A stretch of DNA of 18,509 bases from a virus. The first letter of the stretch is position 1; each line of letters opens with the position of its first letter. The notes below the pieces were generated by a model. That model was not told where the DNA came from and did no database searches. It saw only the letters and a list, made by a program, of their open reading frames with translations. The stretch lies in the IMG/VR virus record IMGVR_UViG_3300039321_000032, positions 1 to 18,509 of that record. One strand, written 5' to 3'. Positions 7,794-17,116 of this stretch are shown here, in pieces. The position numbers and the translations under genes are program-made.

Positions 7794-10196
7794 TTATTCT
7801 ACAATTAAATATTGTGTATTAGGATCTTTAGTTGATAAACCATCATACTCTGATTGAGTTAGAACAGTAATAGTATTTATTTGAGGTTGGGTTCCAGTTC
7901 CAGCTTCAATATAGTTTCCAGCAGGCTGAATACCTAAATCTGATAAACTCTTATTGCCAGATAACTCAACAGAATTAATCTGAGGTTTATTTGTTAACTG
8001 AGTATAGTCAGTAGTCCCTCCACCTCCAGATATTTCGAGATTACCTTCTCCTAAAATACTTTCACCATTAATAGTCTTTATATTAGTCCCAGAGACTAAT
8101 TGCTCTTGATAACTATGATAACTAGTATCTGCTGATACTCCAGTTGGAGTAATAGTAGTTTGAACCAAAGTATGATTAGCTGTAGTACTTTCAAAATGGA
8201 AAGTAGCTTGAATATTTTCTCCTGAAACAAAACATACTTCTGGAGCTGCTATATCACCATAACCTAGAATATTTACATAATAAAGCTCAAATGGTGTTTT
8301 ATTAGCTATAGCATTCTTAACAGCAGCGAAATCTCCAGAAAGATGAGTAGTGGAATTTATAAATAGAAATGGAATATTAGAACCACTTTCAATTTCTATA
8401 TTACCTTCTCCAAGTAAAGACTGACTATTGATTGTTTTGATATTAGTTCCACTTACAAGTAAATCTTGCTTAGTAGCCATCTCTTTATCAAGTGAATCAA
8501 TCTTATTTCCATCTTCTTCTTGCTTTGTTTTAATAATTGATATGTCTGAAGTATTAGTTGCTACTTGAGTAGATAAAGATTCTACCACAGAAGAATCAGC
8601 TTTACCAGCAAGTTCTGTTTTTGTTGCATAATCTCCTACAGGCTGTTTAGTAGCAAGCTGCTCATCAACATAAGTCTTATCTGCTTTACCTGCTAAATCT
8701 CCAGAAACCTCTGCTTCAGTTACAAAGTTAGAATCATTAGTAAGCTCACTAACTTTAGTTGGAATATCACTCTTTAAAGCATAATCTCCTTTATCTTGTT
8801 TTAGATCTATTTTTCCTTCTAAAGAAGTTTCTAATGTATTAACCTTATCATTAGTTGCATAAGTAGATAAATCTACAGATAATTGAGTCTTATCTTCATT
8901 AAAAGCTAATGGAGCTTGAGGAGCAAATACTCCTTGTTTTTCCTCAAGTTTGGCATCTACTTCTTCTTTAGTATATCCTTTATTAATAAGATCAATCTCA
9001 GTAACTTTAACAGTCATATTACCATTATTTACTAAGATTGCATTAATAACTACTAATACACCATTATCTTGGAAATAATAGCCATATAAATCAATAGTTT
9101 CAGGATGTTCAATAGTTGCAACAGGAATAACTATAATATCACCTTTATATGTAATCTGGCAGAATAAATAGAAGTCCAGATTAGTTCTAATAAAGTCATA
9201 GATATGTTTCTGTCTTACAGGATCATTCTCATCTAAATTAAGTAAGAAATGATTCTCAAAAGCAGAGATTACATTATCTATAATAGATATATTCTTTCCT
9301 GCTGTAAGCGTTCCCTGTTTTGAAGCTATCTCTTTATTAATAGCTGTATTTAAAGCATCAATTTCAGCTTTGGTATATTTATCTGCTAATTGTGCGTATA
9401 GAGGGCCATTAACAATACCAGCTTGGTTAGTCTCTGTATTATATATTGGAAGTTCAACTGCTTCTCCAGTTTGATTACCAAATACAGGAGCTAAAGTAAC
9501 TTTAGATGGGACTGATTGAATATTAATGGCAGGTACGATTGAAGCTGCTCCAGATAATTCAGTTCCATTTAAAGATGGTTTGTTACGAATAGTATTATAA
9601 TCTGCAGAAATAGTATTCTCTTCAATTACTATACCATCACCTTGGTTTAATTTATTCTGTTTAGAATTTATTGCACTTTCAGTAGCTTCTTTTGTAAGAT
9701 AATTATCTTCAACTCATTTTTCAGTAGCATATCCATCTAAGCTACTAATAAACCCACTATCATTAGTTAATTGTGAAGTTTTTGTTGGTATCTCAGATTT
9801 ATCAGCTTTATTGGCAACTGCATCTGAAATTTCAGTTGTAACCTCTTCTTTAGTTGGATAATCAGCTAATCGTTCAGTTATCTGATTATCAATATTTTCA
9901 GCACTTGGAATAGTACTCTTTATTTGCTCTAACTCAGAATTAATAGTAACAATATCTTCAGATGACGCTAATCCCAACTCTTCTGAAGTCATATTACCAT
10001 TTAACTCAATACTATTGATCTCAGGTTTATCCTGAAGATCAAAATAGCTATTAGTAGCTAACTGAGAACCATCCATAACCTTAACTTCATCATCCTTGTC
10101 AATAACAATAACTTTAGTCACATTTGACTTATCTATTGTTTCGACTTCAAGGACATTAAGATAAGGAAGAATTGTCTTTTCAGTTTCGTTTGCCAT
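7794..10196 (-). CDS. tail fibre protein A (800 aa)
   Basis: Track ORFs 9714..10196 and 7794..9017 share a frame. TGA 9714-9716 (...GYATEK-W-VEDNYLTKEA...) plus 232 further codons with no TAA or TAG (checked line by line) join them. Contains fibre motifs KPEINSIELNGN, NKPSLNGTELSG, KPQINSVELSGNKSLSDLGI and VSGTNIKTING.S.LGEGN. Confidence 0.75.
8028..8102 (-). repeat. intragenic repeat, copy 2 (QLVSGTNIKTINGESILGEGNLEIS)
   Basis: Second copy of the unit at 8388-8462. The two copies bracket a 95-aa segment. Confidence 0.7.
8388..8462 (-). repeat. intragenic repeat, copy 1 (LLVSGTNIKTINSQSLLGEGNIEIE)
   Basis: 25-aa unit repeated exactly 360 nt (120 aa) downstream in the gene. The shared DNA core attaccttctcc occurs in both copies. 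Confidence 0.7.
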
Positions 10197-10197
10197 A

Positions 10198-10419
10198 TTA
10201 TTTATTTTTATAAGATTCCTCTTGTTCTTTTAAATATCTTTCATTTGTTTCTGCATCAATAACCCTATAAATAGATATATCAAAGGTTAAAGGGCAATAT
10301 AAAATAGTTGATGCACTATACTCTTTAATATCATCACCTTCTTTATATGAGGTAATAAAATATCCTTCATCAGAGTATAACTTTATAAATATGCTAGTTT
10401 CAATATGTAAATGTTCCAT
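10198..10419 (-). CDS. small conserved protein, paralogue A (73 aa)
   Basis: Intact track ORF. Its ATG overlaps the LRR-A stop (TAATG at 10417-10421), and its TAA lies 1 nt before the fibre A ATG. Paralogous to 6432..6668. Confidence 0.6.
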   Translation of the reverse strand: MEHLHIETSIFIKLYSDEGYFITSYKEGDDIKEYSASTILYCPLTFDISIYRVIDAETNERYLKEQEESYKNK

Positions 10420-11372
10420 TATGCTAATATCCAGTTTTTATTAGTAGCTATTGCTTTCTGTTCATCTGATAATTTTGCCAGATTGGTAGCTCCTAATGTT
10501 AAAGTTTTGCTATTCTCCCCTGTTAAATCAACTAATGCATTAATAACAGACATTAAAGAATCAGTAGTAAGATTGGTACTTGCTGATAGATATAATCCTG
10601 CTCTAAGCTCACCGTTTACTGTAAGATTAGTAATTCCACCACATTTTGAAAATATAGGATTTATTGAACCTTCTTGATTTGTGTATGATGGAATGTTTAA
10701 TGTTACGTCTGTTAATCTAATGCAATCTCCAAACATATTAGTAGTAGTTACTAATTTAGGAGCATCTAAATTAAGTGTTTTCAGGCTATTATATCCAGGT
10801 AAGGCACCTCTGCTAAACATATTAGACCCATCTGTTAATTCAGGCATTGGAATAGTGAATGATGTTAAATCAGCACATTCTGTAAACATATATCTGCCAT
10901 CTTCTAATTTAGGCAATTGCATAGTGAACTCCTTAATGTTTGATCTTTGACATTTATATCTTCCATCAACTAAATTTTCTCAACCTACAACATTTGCAGG
11001 AACAGATGTTCCCGTAAACCTATATAAATTAACTACAGCTTGCGTAATATCATAAGTTGAAGAAGTTGGCACATTAATAGTAGCTTCAACTTTCTCCATA
11101 ACATCATAATCAGAGTCAGGAAGAATCTCTATTGGTCCATTCTGAGTAATTGTAATTGCTTTGGAAGCTTGAACTGTAGGAACTACTACATCAACAGATA
11201 CATTTACCTTAGACATTCCATCATATCCCTCATCTGGCAGTACTTCAAACTCTGCATTTTGAGTATATTCTACTGATTTTTCTTGTAACTTACATTCAGC
11301 AGCTTTAATTAAATCTAAATTTTTAGTTGTAGTATTTTTAGCTACTGGTTCTGATGTGAATACTATTGCCAT
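10419..11372 (-). CDS. BspA/DUF285-like leucine-rich-repeat tail protein, paralogue A (317 aa)
   Basis: Track ORFs 10980..11372 and 10419..10922 are in frame, joined by TGA 10980-10982 plus 19 open codons. N-terminal tandem units (...EFEVLPDEGYDGMSKVNVSVDV / ...PIEILPDSDYDVMEKVEATINV) precede the LRR repeats (MFTECADLTSF, NMFGDCIRLTDV). The C-terminus ...SDEQKAIATNKNWILA uses TGG for its Trp. Confidence 0.8.
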
Positions 11373-11425
11373 ATTATTTTTCTATAAAATATAAATTATT
11401 CATTATGTGGTATATAAACAAAATA

Positions 11426-11453
11426 AGGGGCAAGTAAATTAATACTCGCCCCT
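11426..11453 (-). terminator. intrinsic terminator after the head-module operon
   Basis: Minus-strand stem AGGGGCGAGTA/TACTTGCCCCT (one A/C mismatch, 6-nt loop) followed by TATTTTGTTTAT. It starts 11 nt after the TAA at 11464. Confidence 0.65.
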
Positions 11454-11463
11454 CTTTCTGTTA

Positions 11464-11988
11464 TTAAGCACCTACAACGCTTTGGATAGCTTCTGCAGAT
11501 AACTCATAAGGATAAGAATCTGAATCTGTTGAAAGTGTCAGAGTATAAGCATTCTGATCACCTTTAGCAGTACCAGTAACACCCGTACCAGCGGAAGCGC
11601 TTACATAATCATCTTTACCTAAGAACCAATACTTACCATTGCTATCTTCAACAACAACTGCAAGCTGACCAATTGATAAAGCTGCAATCTCTACTCGTTT
11701 TGCTGTTTCCATCTTTGTAAATACAAGAGCAAGCTCATTACTTACATAATTAACACCAGCACTTTCATCTACATTTAAAGTTGAGGTTAGAGAACCAGTA
11801 GCCTTTCTAAATTGGTAGTTATACCATTTAGCTGAAGACTCAAGAGTAATAGCTGAAATCATATTGCTCTCAGGATCAACCGTTACACTTTTAACATCTG
11901 CATACTGGGTAATCCATACCTGTTTGATTCCACCCAATGAAGGTTGGCAATCAAGTGTGATTCCTGCGATAGTTATTAAACAAGCCAT
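11464..11988 (-). CDS. abundant structural protein (174 aa; major tail or head-associated protein, function uncertain)
   Basis: Intact track ORF directly after the capsid gene and before a terminator. Higher GC than its surroundings, no TGA, TAA stop. Confidence 0.7.
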   Translation of the reverse strand: MACLITIAGITLDCQPSLGGIKQVWITQYADVKSVTVDPESNMISAITLESSAKWYNYQFRKATGSLTSTLNVDESAGVNYVSNELALVFTKMETAKRVEIAALSIGQLAVVVEDSNGKYWFLGKDDYVSASAGTGVTGTAKGDQNAYTLTLSTDSDSYPYELSAEAIQSVVGA

Positions 11989-12028
11989 AATTTCAATATC
12001 ATTTAGAAGTTAATAAAATCTATTGAAA

Positions 12029-12934
12029 TTAAGCCTTGGCGCCTAATACTACTTCGTCAGGGAAAGCAACTTGTACACCAGCGTTAAATTCAATAGCTAA
12101 TCTGAACTCGCGGAAATCCTGTGAATACCACAATTCGAATTTCTCTTCATCGTTCATCATATCTACACCATAGAAGAAGTTCTTGTCTAACTGACCAGCA
12201 ACAATCTTATCAGTTCCATTAAGACCATTAACAGCAATAACCTTAACCTGTGAACCAGGAAGATAAATCTCACCATTAAGGCTCTCTCCGCTATAGTGGA
12301 AATAGTTCTTCTCAACAAGTTCATTTACGAACTTACGGAACATATCGGCACCAACAAGAATCGAAGCACCATCAAGAACCTTCTCAGGAATTGCATTATA
12401 AACTGCCATAATATCAGTATAGGCAGATTCTCCAGCAATTTCTACATCTACAGTACCATTATCAGCAGCAAGAATCTTAAGCAGACCATCAAAATACTTC
12501 AAGTTATTAGTTTCTGAAGCCGTATCACCCTGCCAGATAGCTACCTCAATAGCCTCTTTTACGTTCTCTACAACAGCATTTACGAAATCCTCTTCAAAAG
12601 GAAGAGTCTTCTGACCAGCGGCTACCTTAACTGCATACTGAGTCCAGTATTTCAGCATAGCCTTATCGCAATATGCCATATTAATCTTAATATTACCAGT
12701 CTTAAGAATTCTCTGAGAAAGAGTCTGAGTTCCAGCCTCATCCCAACCACAAGTAAGACCATCACCGAACTGAACATCGGTAGATAACAGGTTAAGAGCA
12801 GCATCAGTTTTAATATCTGTCTGAAGATTAAACAAACTTGCACTCTTAGCTTTTAAAACCGCTTCCTTAATAAGAGGGAGACGTCTTTGCTCCACATAAG
12901 CAGGAAGAGTTGTCATTACAGGACTATTTGCCAT
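12029..12934 (-). CDS. major capsid protein (301 aa, HK97-fold type by size, position and sequence character)
   Basis: Intact track ORF following protease and scaffold. All 4 Trp are TGG, no TGA, TAA stop. Confidence 0.8.
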   Translation of the reverse strand: MANSPVMTTLPAYVEQRRLPLIKEAVLKAKSASLFNLQTDIKTDAALNLLSTDVQFGDGLTCGWDEAGTQTLSQRILKTGNIKINMAYCDKAMLKYWTQYAVKVAAGQKTLPFEEDFVNAVVENVKEAIEVAIWQGDTASETNNLKYFDGLLKILAADNGTVDVEIAGESAYTDIMAVYNAIPEKVLDGASILVGADMFRKFVNELVEKNYFHYSGESLNGEIYLPGSQVKVIAVNGLNGTDKIVAGQLDKNFFYGVDMMNDEEKFELWYSQDFREFRLAIEFNAGVQVAFPDEVVLGAKA

Positions 12935-12955
12935 AATTATTTAAAATTTTATAAA

Positions 12956-13561
12956 TTAACCAATAAAGTTTTTAAGCTTTCTATCTATTTCTGCTATTCC
13001 ACTTATAGGAGCAGTTGTTTTATTTTCGAGTGTTTCCTCTGCTGAAAAAGCAGCACTCATCTTACTCATTTTTTCTACAGTCTTTTCAGTAGCTTCTGAC
13101 TTTCCTTCAAGTTCTGCTACTTTCTTAACAAGCTTATCTACAATATCATAGAGCTCATTAATTTCGCGATGAATAGCGTCGATTGCATCAGTCTCAGTTT
13201 CTTTAACACCGTCTGTTTCAACAGCAGGATCAGCAACTTCCTCAGCTTTTACTCTCTTAGTTCCACAAGCAGCATCAACCTCAACAGTTCTCATACCCTC
13301 ATCTGGATCAACTTCAGCTTTAGGATCAGTAATGGACTCTACTTTACCGTCTTTAACAACAATAGTTTTGCCATCTTCGGTAACATACTCACCATCAGCA
13401 GCAGGTGCATATTCGCCATTTTCATCAGCTACATAAACATCCATACCTTCTTTCAGATCCTCATCCGAATCCCAAGTAAGCACAGCCTTGTCAGTTTTAA
13501 CATCACTGAACTTTGCAAGCATCTTAGCTAACTCAAGTTTAATTTTTGTGAATTTACTCAT
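12956..13561 (-). CDS. scaffolding protein (201 aa, acidic, coiled-coil C-terminus)
   Basis: Located between the protease and capsid genes. Asp/Glu/Lys-rich low-complexity sequence (...DPKAEVDPDEGMRTVEVD... / ...REINELYDIVDKLVKKVAELEGKSEATEKTVEKM...). Confidence 0.65.
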   Translation of the reverse strand: MSKFTKIKLELAKMLAKFSDVKTDKAVLTWDSDEDLKEGMDVYVADENGEYAPAADGEYVTEDGKTIVVKDGKVESITDPKAEVDPDEGMRTVEVDAACGTKRVKAEEVADPAVETDGVKETETDAIDAIHREINELYDIVDKLVKKVAELEGKSEATEKTVEKMSKMSAAFSAEETLENKTTAPISGIAEIDRKLKNFIG

Positions 13562-13567
13562 AATTAA

Positions 13568-14161
13568 TTAATGTTTAACTCTTTTTATTTTTCTCAACAT
13601 TTTTTGAATCTCTTTAAGTTCCTCATATTCATCAGATTGTCTTTCTAAAGTAAACAATCCCTCAATAGATAACCCTTTAAACTTTCCAGCTTTAATTGCA
13701 TCCCATATAACAGGATTATTTACTTTATAAGTAGCAAATAATGAACCATCTGGACAATCAGCAAATTCAACTGGATTAATTCCTCTATCTATATCTTTAA
13801 CATATAGTTCTTGAAGAATTATTCCAGGAATTACTGAATCTTCCAAATGTTCAATATTTACATCAGTAGTTCTCTTATCATACATCATTTTTTCAGCCAT
13901 TAAACGGAGAGTTTCTTTATCATATTGAATATAATATTCTCCGTTTTTACTATCCCGTCTAAATATAGGTATATCACATACCATTAAACAAGAAGTAACT
14001 ATATGTTTTTCTTCATCCATCGAGAACTTCTGAGATTCCCCAAAAGCAAGCCAATTAACTTGGGTTGCAGGTTTACTGGTCAATGCTACGAACTCTATTC
14101 CATCACAATCATCAGCAATAATTGCTTGATATAATGGAAGATCATTATACATTTTTTCCAT
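13568..14161 (-). CDS. prohead protease, XkdF-like (197 aa)
   Basis: First gene of the head module. The layout ...DVNIEHLEDSVIPGIILQELYV...GSLFATYKVNNPVIWDAIKAGKFKGLSIEGLF resembles XkdF-type phage serine proteases, recognised by eye only. Confidence 0.65.
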   Translation of the reverse strand: MEKMYNDLPLYQAIIADDCDGIEFVALTSKPATQVNWLAFGESQKFSMDEEKHIVTSCLMVCDIPIFRRDSKNGEYYIQYDKETLRLMAEKMMYDKRTTDVNIEHLEDSVIPGIILQELYVKDIDRGINPVEFADCPDGSLFATYKVNNPVIWDAIKAGKFKGLSIEGLFTLERQSDEYEELKEIQKMLRKIKRVKH

Positions 14162-14238
14162 TTTTTATTAATATATAAGCTATTTTAAAAATGTAATATT
14201 GTTACAATCTTTTATTTTTATATATTTATATACTATCA

Positions 14239-14258
14239 AATGTCAAGTTTTTTACTCA
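14239..14258 (-). promoter_or_regulatory. conserved 20-nt intergenic motif, copy 2 (candidate promoter of the head module)
   Basis: Identical to 4750-4769. On the minus strand, TTGACA is followed by 16-18 nt and then TATATA/TATAAA, about 55-60 nt upstream of the protease ATG at 14161. A degenerate third copy (TGAGTAAAA-N4-TGACA) lies at 14337-14354. Confidence 0.45.
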
Positions 14259-14292
14259 AATTTGTATCTAAGATAAATAAATTTTGACATAG

Positions 14293-14336
14293 CACTACTA
14301 TATAAGCACTGATAATCAGCAACTTACATAGTAGTG
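14293..14336 (-). terminator. long stem-loop after the tape-measure gene (putative terminator or RNA structure)
   Basis: 14-bp arms CACTACTATATAAG (14293-14306) / CTTACATAGTAGTG (14323-14336). The single non-Watson-Crick position is a G-U wobble on the minus-strand transcript but an A-C mismatch on the plus strand. The loop carries an inner CTGA/TCAG palindrome. It starts 21 nt after the TAA at 14357. Confidence 0.45.
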
Positions 14337-14356
14337 TGTCAGAAATTTTACTCACT

Positions 14357-17116
14357 TTAGAAACTTGCATTTGATTCTGTAACTGCAACTTTAGTTTGAG
14401 CATTAGTAATATCACTCTCAACTACATAGCATTTAACAGGTTCATTTAATAAATCAGTCTCTTTATCACCAAGTAAGTTTCGAGTGTATTCTACAGGAGT
14501 AGTGTTTAAAGCAGCAGGTGCTGCAACAGATGCAGAAGCAGAAGATGCAGATGCTCCACTAGTTTCATCTACTTCTCAAATCTTTTTAACATTAGCTATA
14601 CCAGCTGCAATTGCTGCAGCAGCGGCGGCAGCACCTAAAGCTGGACCTACAACTGGAATACCAGCCATTGCAGAATAAGCACTGTTAGCTGCACTATATG
14701 TATCAATTAAAGCTTGAGCTGTTGCGAATCCTTTACCTACTTTACTTTCCTCTCCTCATATAGTTGCCATACTTCCTGCAACCTTTGATGCTAGATCAAG
14801 GCGAGCTTTTATAGATTCTTGATATTGCTTATTAACATTTTCTCTAACTTTGTTTTTCTTATTTTCTCTGTCTATTTCATTTTCAGTTAATTGCTCATCA
14901 ATAGAATCTAATTCTAGTTTAATAAGTTTTCTCTGATCAGCTGTTAAAGTCTCATTTTCTAATTGTTTTAATAGAAAAGACTTCTGCTCCTCCAATCTTG
15001 TTTTTATTTGATTATTATATTTATCTATAGAACCTTCTTCAGTATCTGTTCCTAATAAACGATCTTTATATCCCTCTATGTCTTTTTTGCTTGAATAAGA
15101 GAACTCACCACTTAATCCAAATATTTTGGCAAATCCTTGTGTATATTGAGTTTTAGGAATTTCTAAAGATGGATCTTTTATATCATACCTTGCCTCGCGC
15201 ATTCTTTTTAACTCAGTCTGCAGATCATCTCAAGCTTTATCCGCAGCACTTTTTCTTGCATTTTCTTCATCTTCTCTAGCTTTATCTCTAATTTTCTTCA
15301 GCTCTTCTTGATGCCAAGCCTCAACTTCTTCAATACTTCTATTATTTTTAATAGCTAGTGCTAATAGTCTAATATATTCATCTTCAAGTTCATCTACTGG
15401 GTCTTTATCCTCTAATCTCTTTTGAAGCCATTCATCAAATTCATTTATTACCTTCTTAGCTTCAGTAGTGTTCTTTGTAATAGTTGGAATATTAAAGAAC
15501 CCACCATACTTTTTATTAGTATCTGCTACATCCTCAAATAGCTTTTTAATCCTTTTCTCAATGTCTTTATTTAAATCATCCAACTGTTTATAAGTATTCT
15601 CTTTATTTTGCTTTGTATACTCATAAATTGTATTTGAATAATCTTTTCAGAACATTGCTGTAGCTTTAAAAGCCTGCCAAGCAGATGCCTCTCCAAAGCT
15701 TGTATCAGAAATTTGATTCTCCAGTTCAGTACGTTTATTTAAATACTCCTCATAAAGCTTAATTGCAGCCTGTTCAATAGCCTGAGCTTTTGCTCTTGCA
15801 GTTAATGCTTCTACATAATTACCAGTATTATTTACAAACGCATCTTCTGCAGTCTTTACATTAGTAATATTTAAACCAGTCTCTTTAATCTTATCGGAAT
15901 ATTGCTCTATAAACTTACGCTTAGCATCTGCAGAATCTCCAACCCTTTCGTAAGCTATTTGTAACTCTCTAAAGATAGCTATAGATTTAGAAGCAATCTG
16001 ATTAGTAGTATCTGTAATAGACTTTCTAAATTCAGCAGCCTCCTTTTCAGCTGATTTTATTGAGGATATATACTCTATTATCTTATTAATAGCTACTCCA
16101 ATAGCTGTAGCTAATGCAATTCATACAGTTACATTACCAATAGTTTTAAGTGCAGTTTTAACTTTACCTACTCCAGAAGCAGCTTGTTCTGAAGCTTCAG
16201 CCATTGCTTTCTGAGCCTCTGCCCCTTTTCGCAAAGTTGGAATGCCTTTTTCTACATTTTCCTTTAATTCAGCAAGATCTACACCTAAACGTTTAGCAGC
16301 TTTCTGCATTCTCTCTGCTGGAGTTCCAGTCTCTTTTGCTGCTTCCTTTAAAAATTCAGCAACTGTAGTAACTGTAGGTTTTACTTCTTCAAAGGACTTT
16401 TTTGCAGTTTCTCCTAATTTACCTATAATCGGAATCGTATTAGATACACTCTTATTAGTAGCAGATATTTCAGCAGGAGTGCCCATTACTCCTTGAATCA
16501 TACCTCCTTTAAAATTAATATTGGTGCCTTCTAAATCCTTGACTACTTTAGAGATATTACCTAATTCAGTTCCAACATTACCAACAGATGTGCCAATGCC
16601 ATTAAGCTTAGATGCATCAATCTGATTAAGATTTTTGGCAGCATTATTCAACCCTGTATTAAATGGAGAGATAAAATCAGTTAATTTCTTAAACCAATTA
16701 CCTAAAGTAGGCAATTCTTCTAATAAATCTTTTATACCTCCAATACCTTGTACTAATGCAATAGATGACTGTAACTTAACCATTACTTTATTTAAATCTT
16801 CTGATTCTTTCCCAAATAAAGTAATAGCAGCAGTTGCAGCTCCATATCCACTGGCCAAACCAGTGGATATTTTAGCTACACTTTCAAACCTTTGAGCAGT
16901 AGTTCTTGAAGATCTTGCTATCTGCTCATTAATTTTATTGAACTCTGATTGTCTTTTACCTAGTAATGCAAGAGTTTCATTATATTCCTTAGTACCAATC
17001 TCTAAATCATTCAGAGAACTAGATAATGCGTCAATATCTTTCTTTAAAGAGTTTATTGATTTATTACTTGATTTAGTATCAATACTAATAACCTTTTTAA
17101 TTTCTGTTTGTGCCAT
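14357..17116 (-). CDS. tape-measure-like protein (919 aa)
   Basis: Track ORFs 16121..17116, 15230..15583 and 14756..15202, plus an unlisted C-terminal part, are one frame through five TGAs (16121-16123, 15647-15649, 15230-15232, 14756-14758, 14576-14578), ending at TAA 14357-14359 (checked line by line). Long coiled-coil stretches and Gly/Ala-rich hydrophobic segments (GLASGYGAATAAITLFG; GIPVVGPALGAAAAAAAIAAGIA) are typical of tape-measure proteins. Confidence 0.75.

Noticed and set aside
9015-9017. Internal ATG at 9017 as the start of a separate second fibre gene
   Set aside because: The frame is continuous upstream through 232 codons with no stop (...ILVNNGN-M-TVKV...). There is no intergenic spacer or coupling signature, unlike every other junction. 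A separate internal initiation product cannot be excluded from sequence alone.
7794-11372. Diversity-generating retroelement acting on the fibre or LRR genes
   Set aside because: No reverse transcriptase ORF is present in the window. The repeated DNA segments (8028-8102 vs 8388-8462, and the LRR 3' ends) differ by all substitution types rather than adenine-specific changes.
12652-12843. Minus-strand track ORFs 12652..12843 and 14236..14421
   Set aside because: 12652..12843 is an out-of-frame ORF inside the capsid gene. 14236..14421 is out of frame with the tape-measure C-terminus and runs through the intergenic hairpin and motif. Neither has independent support.
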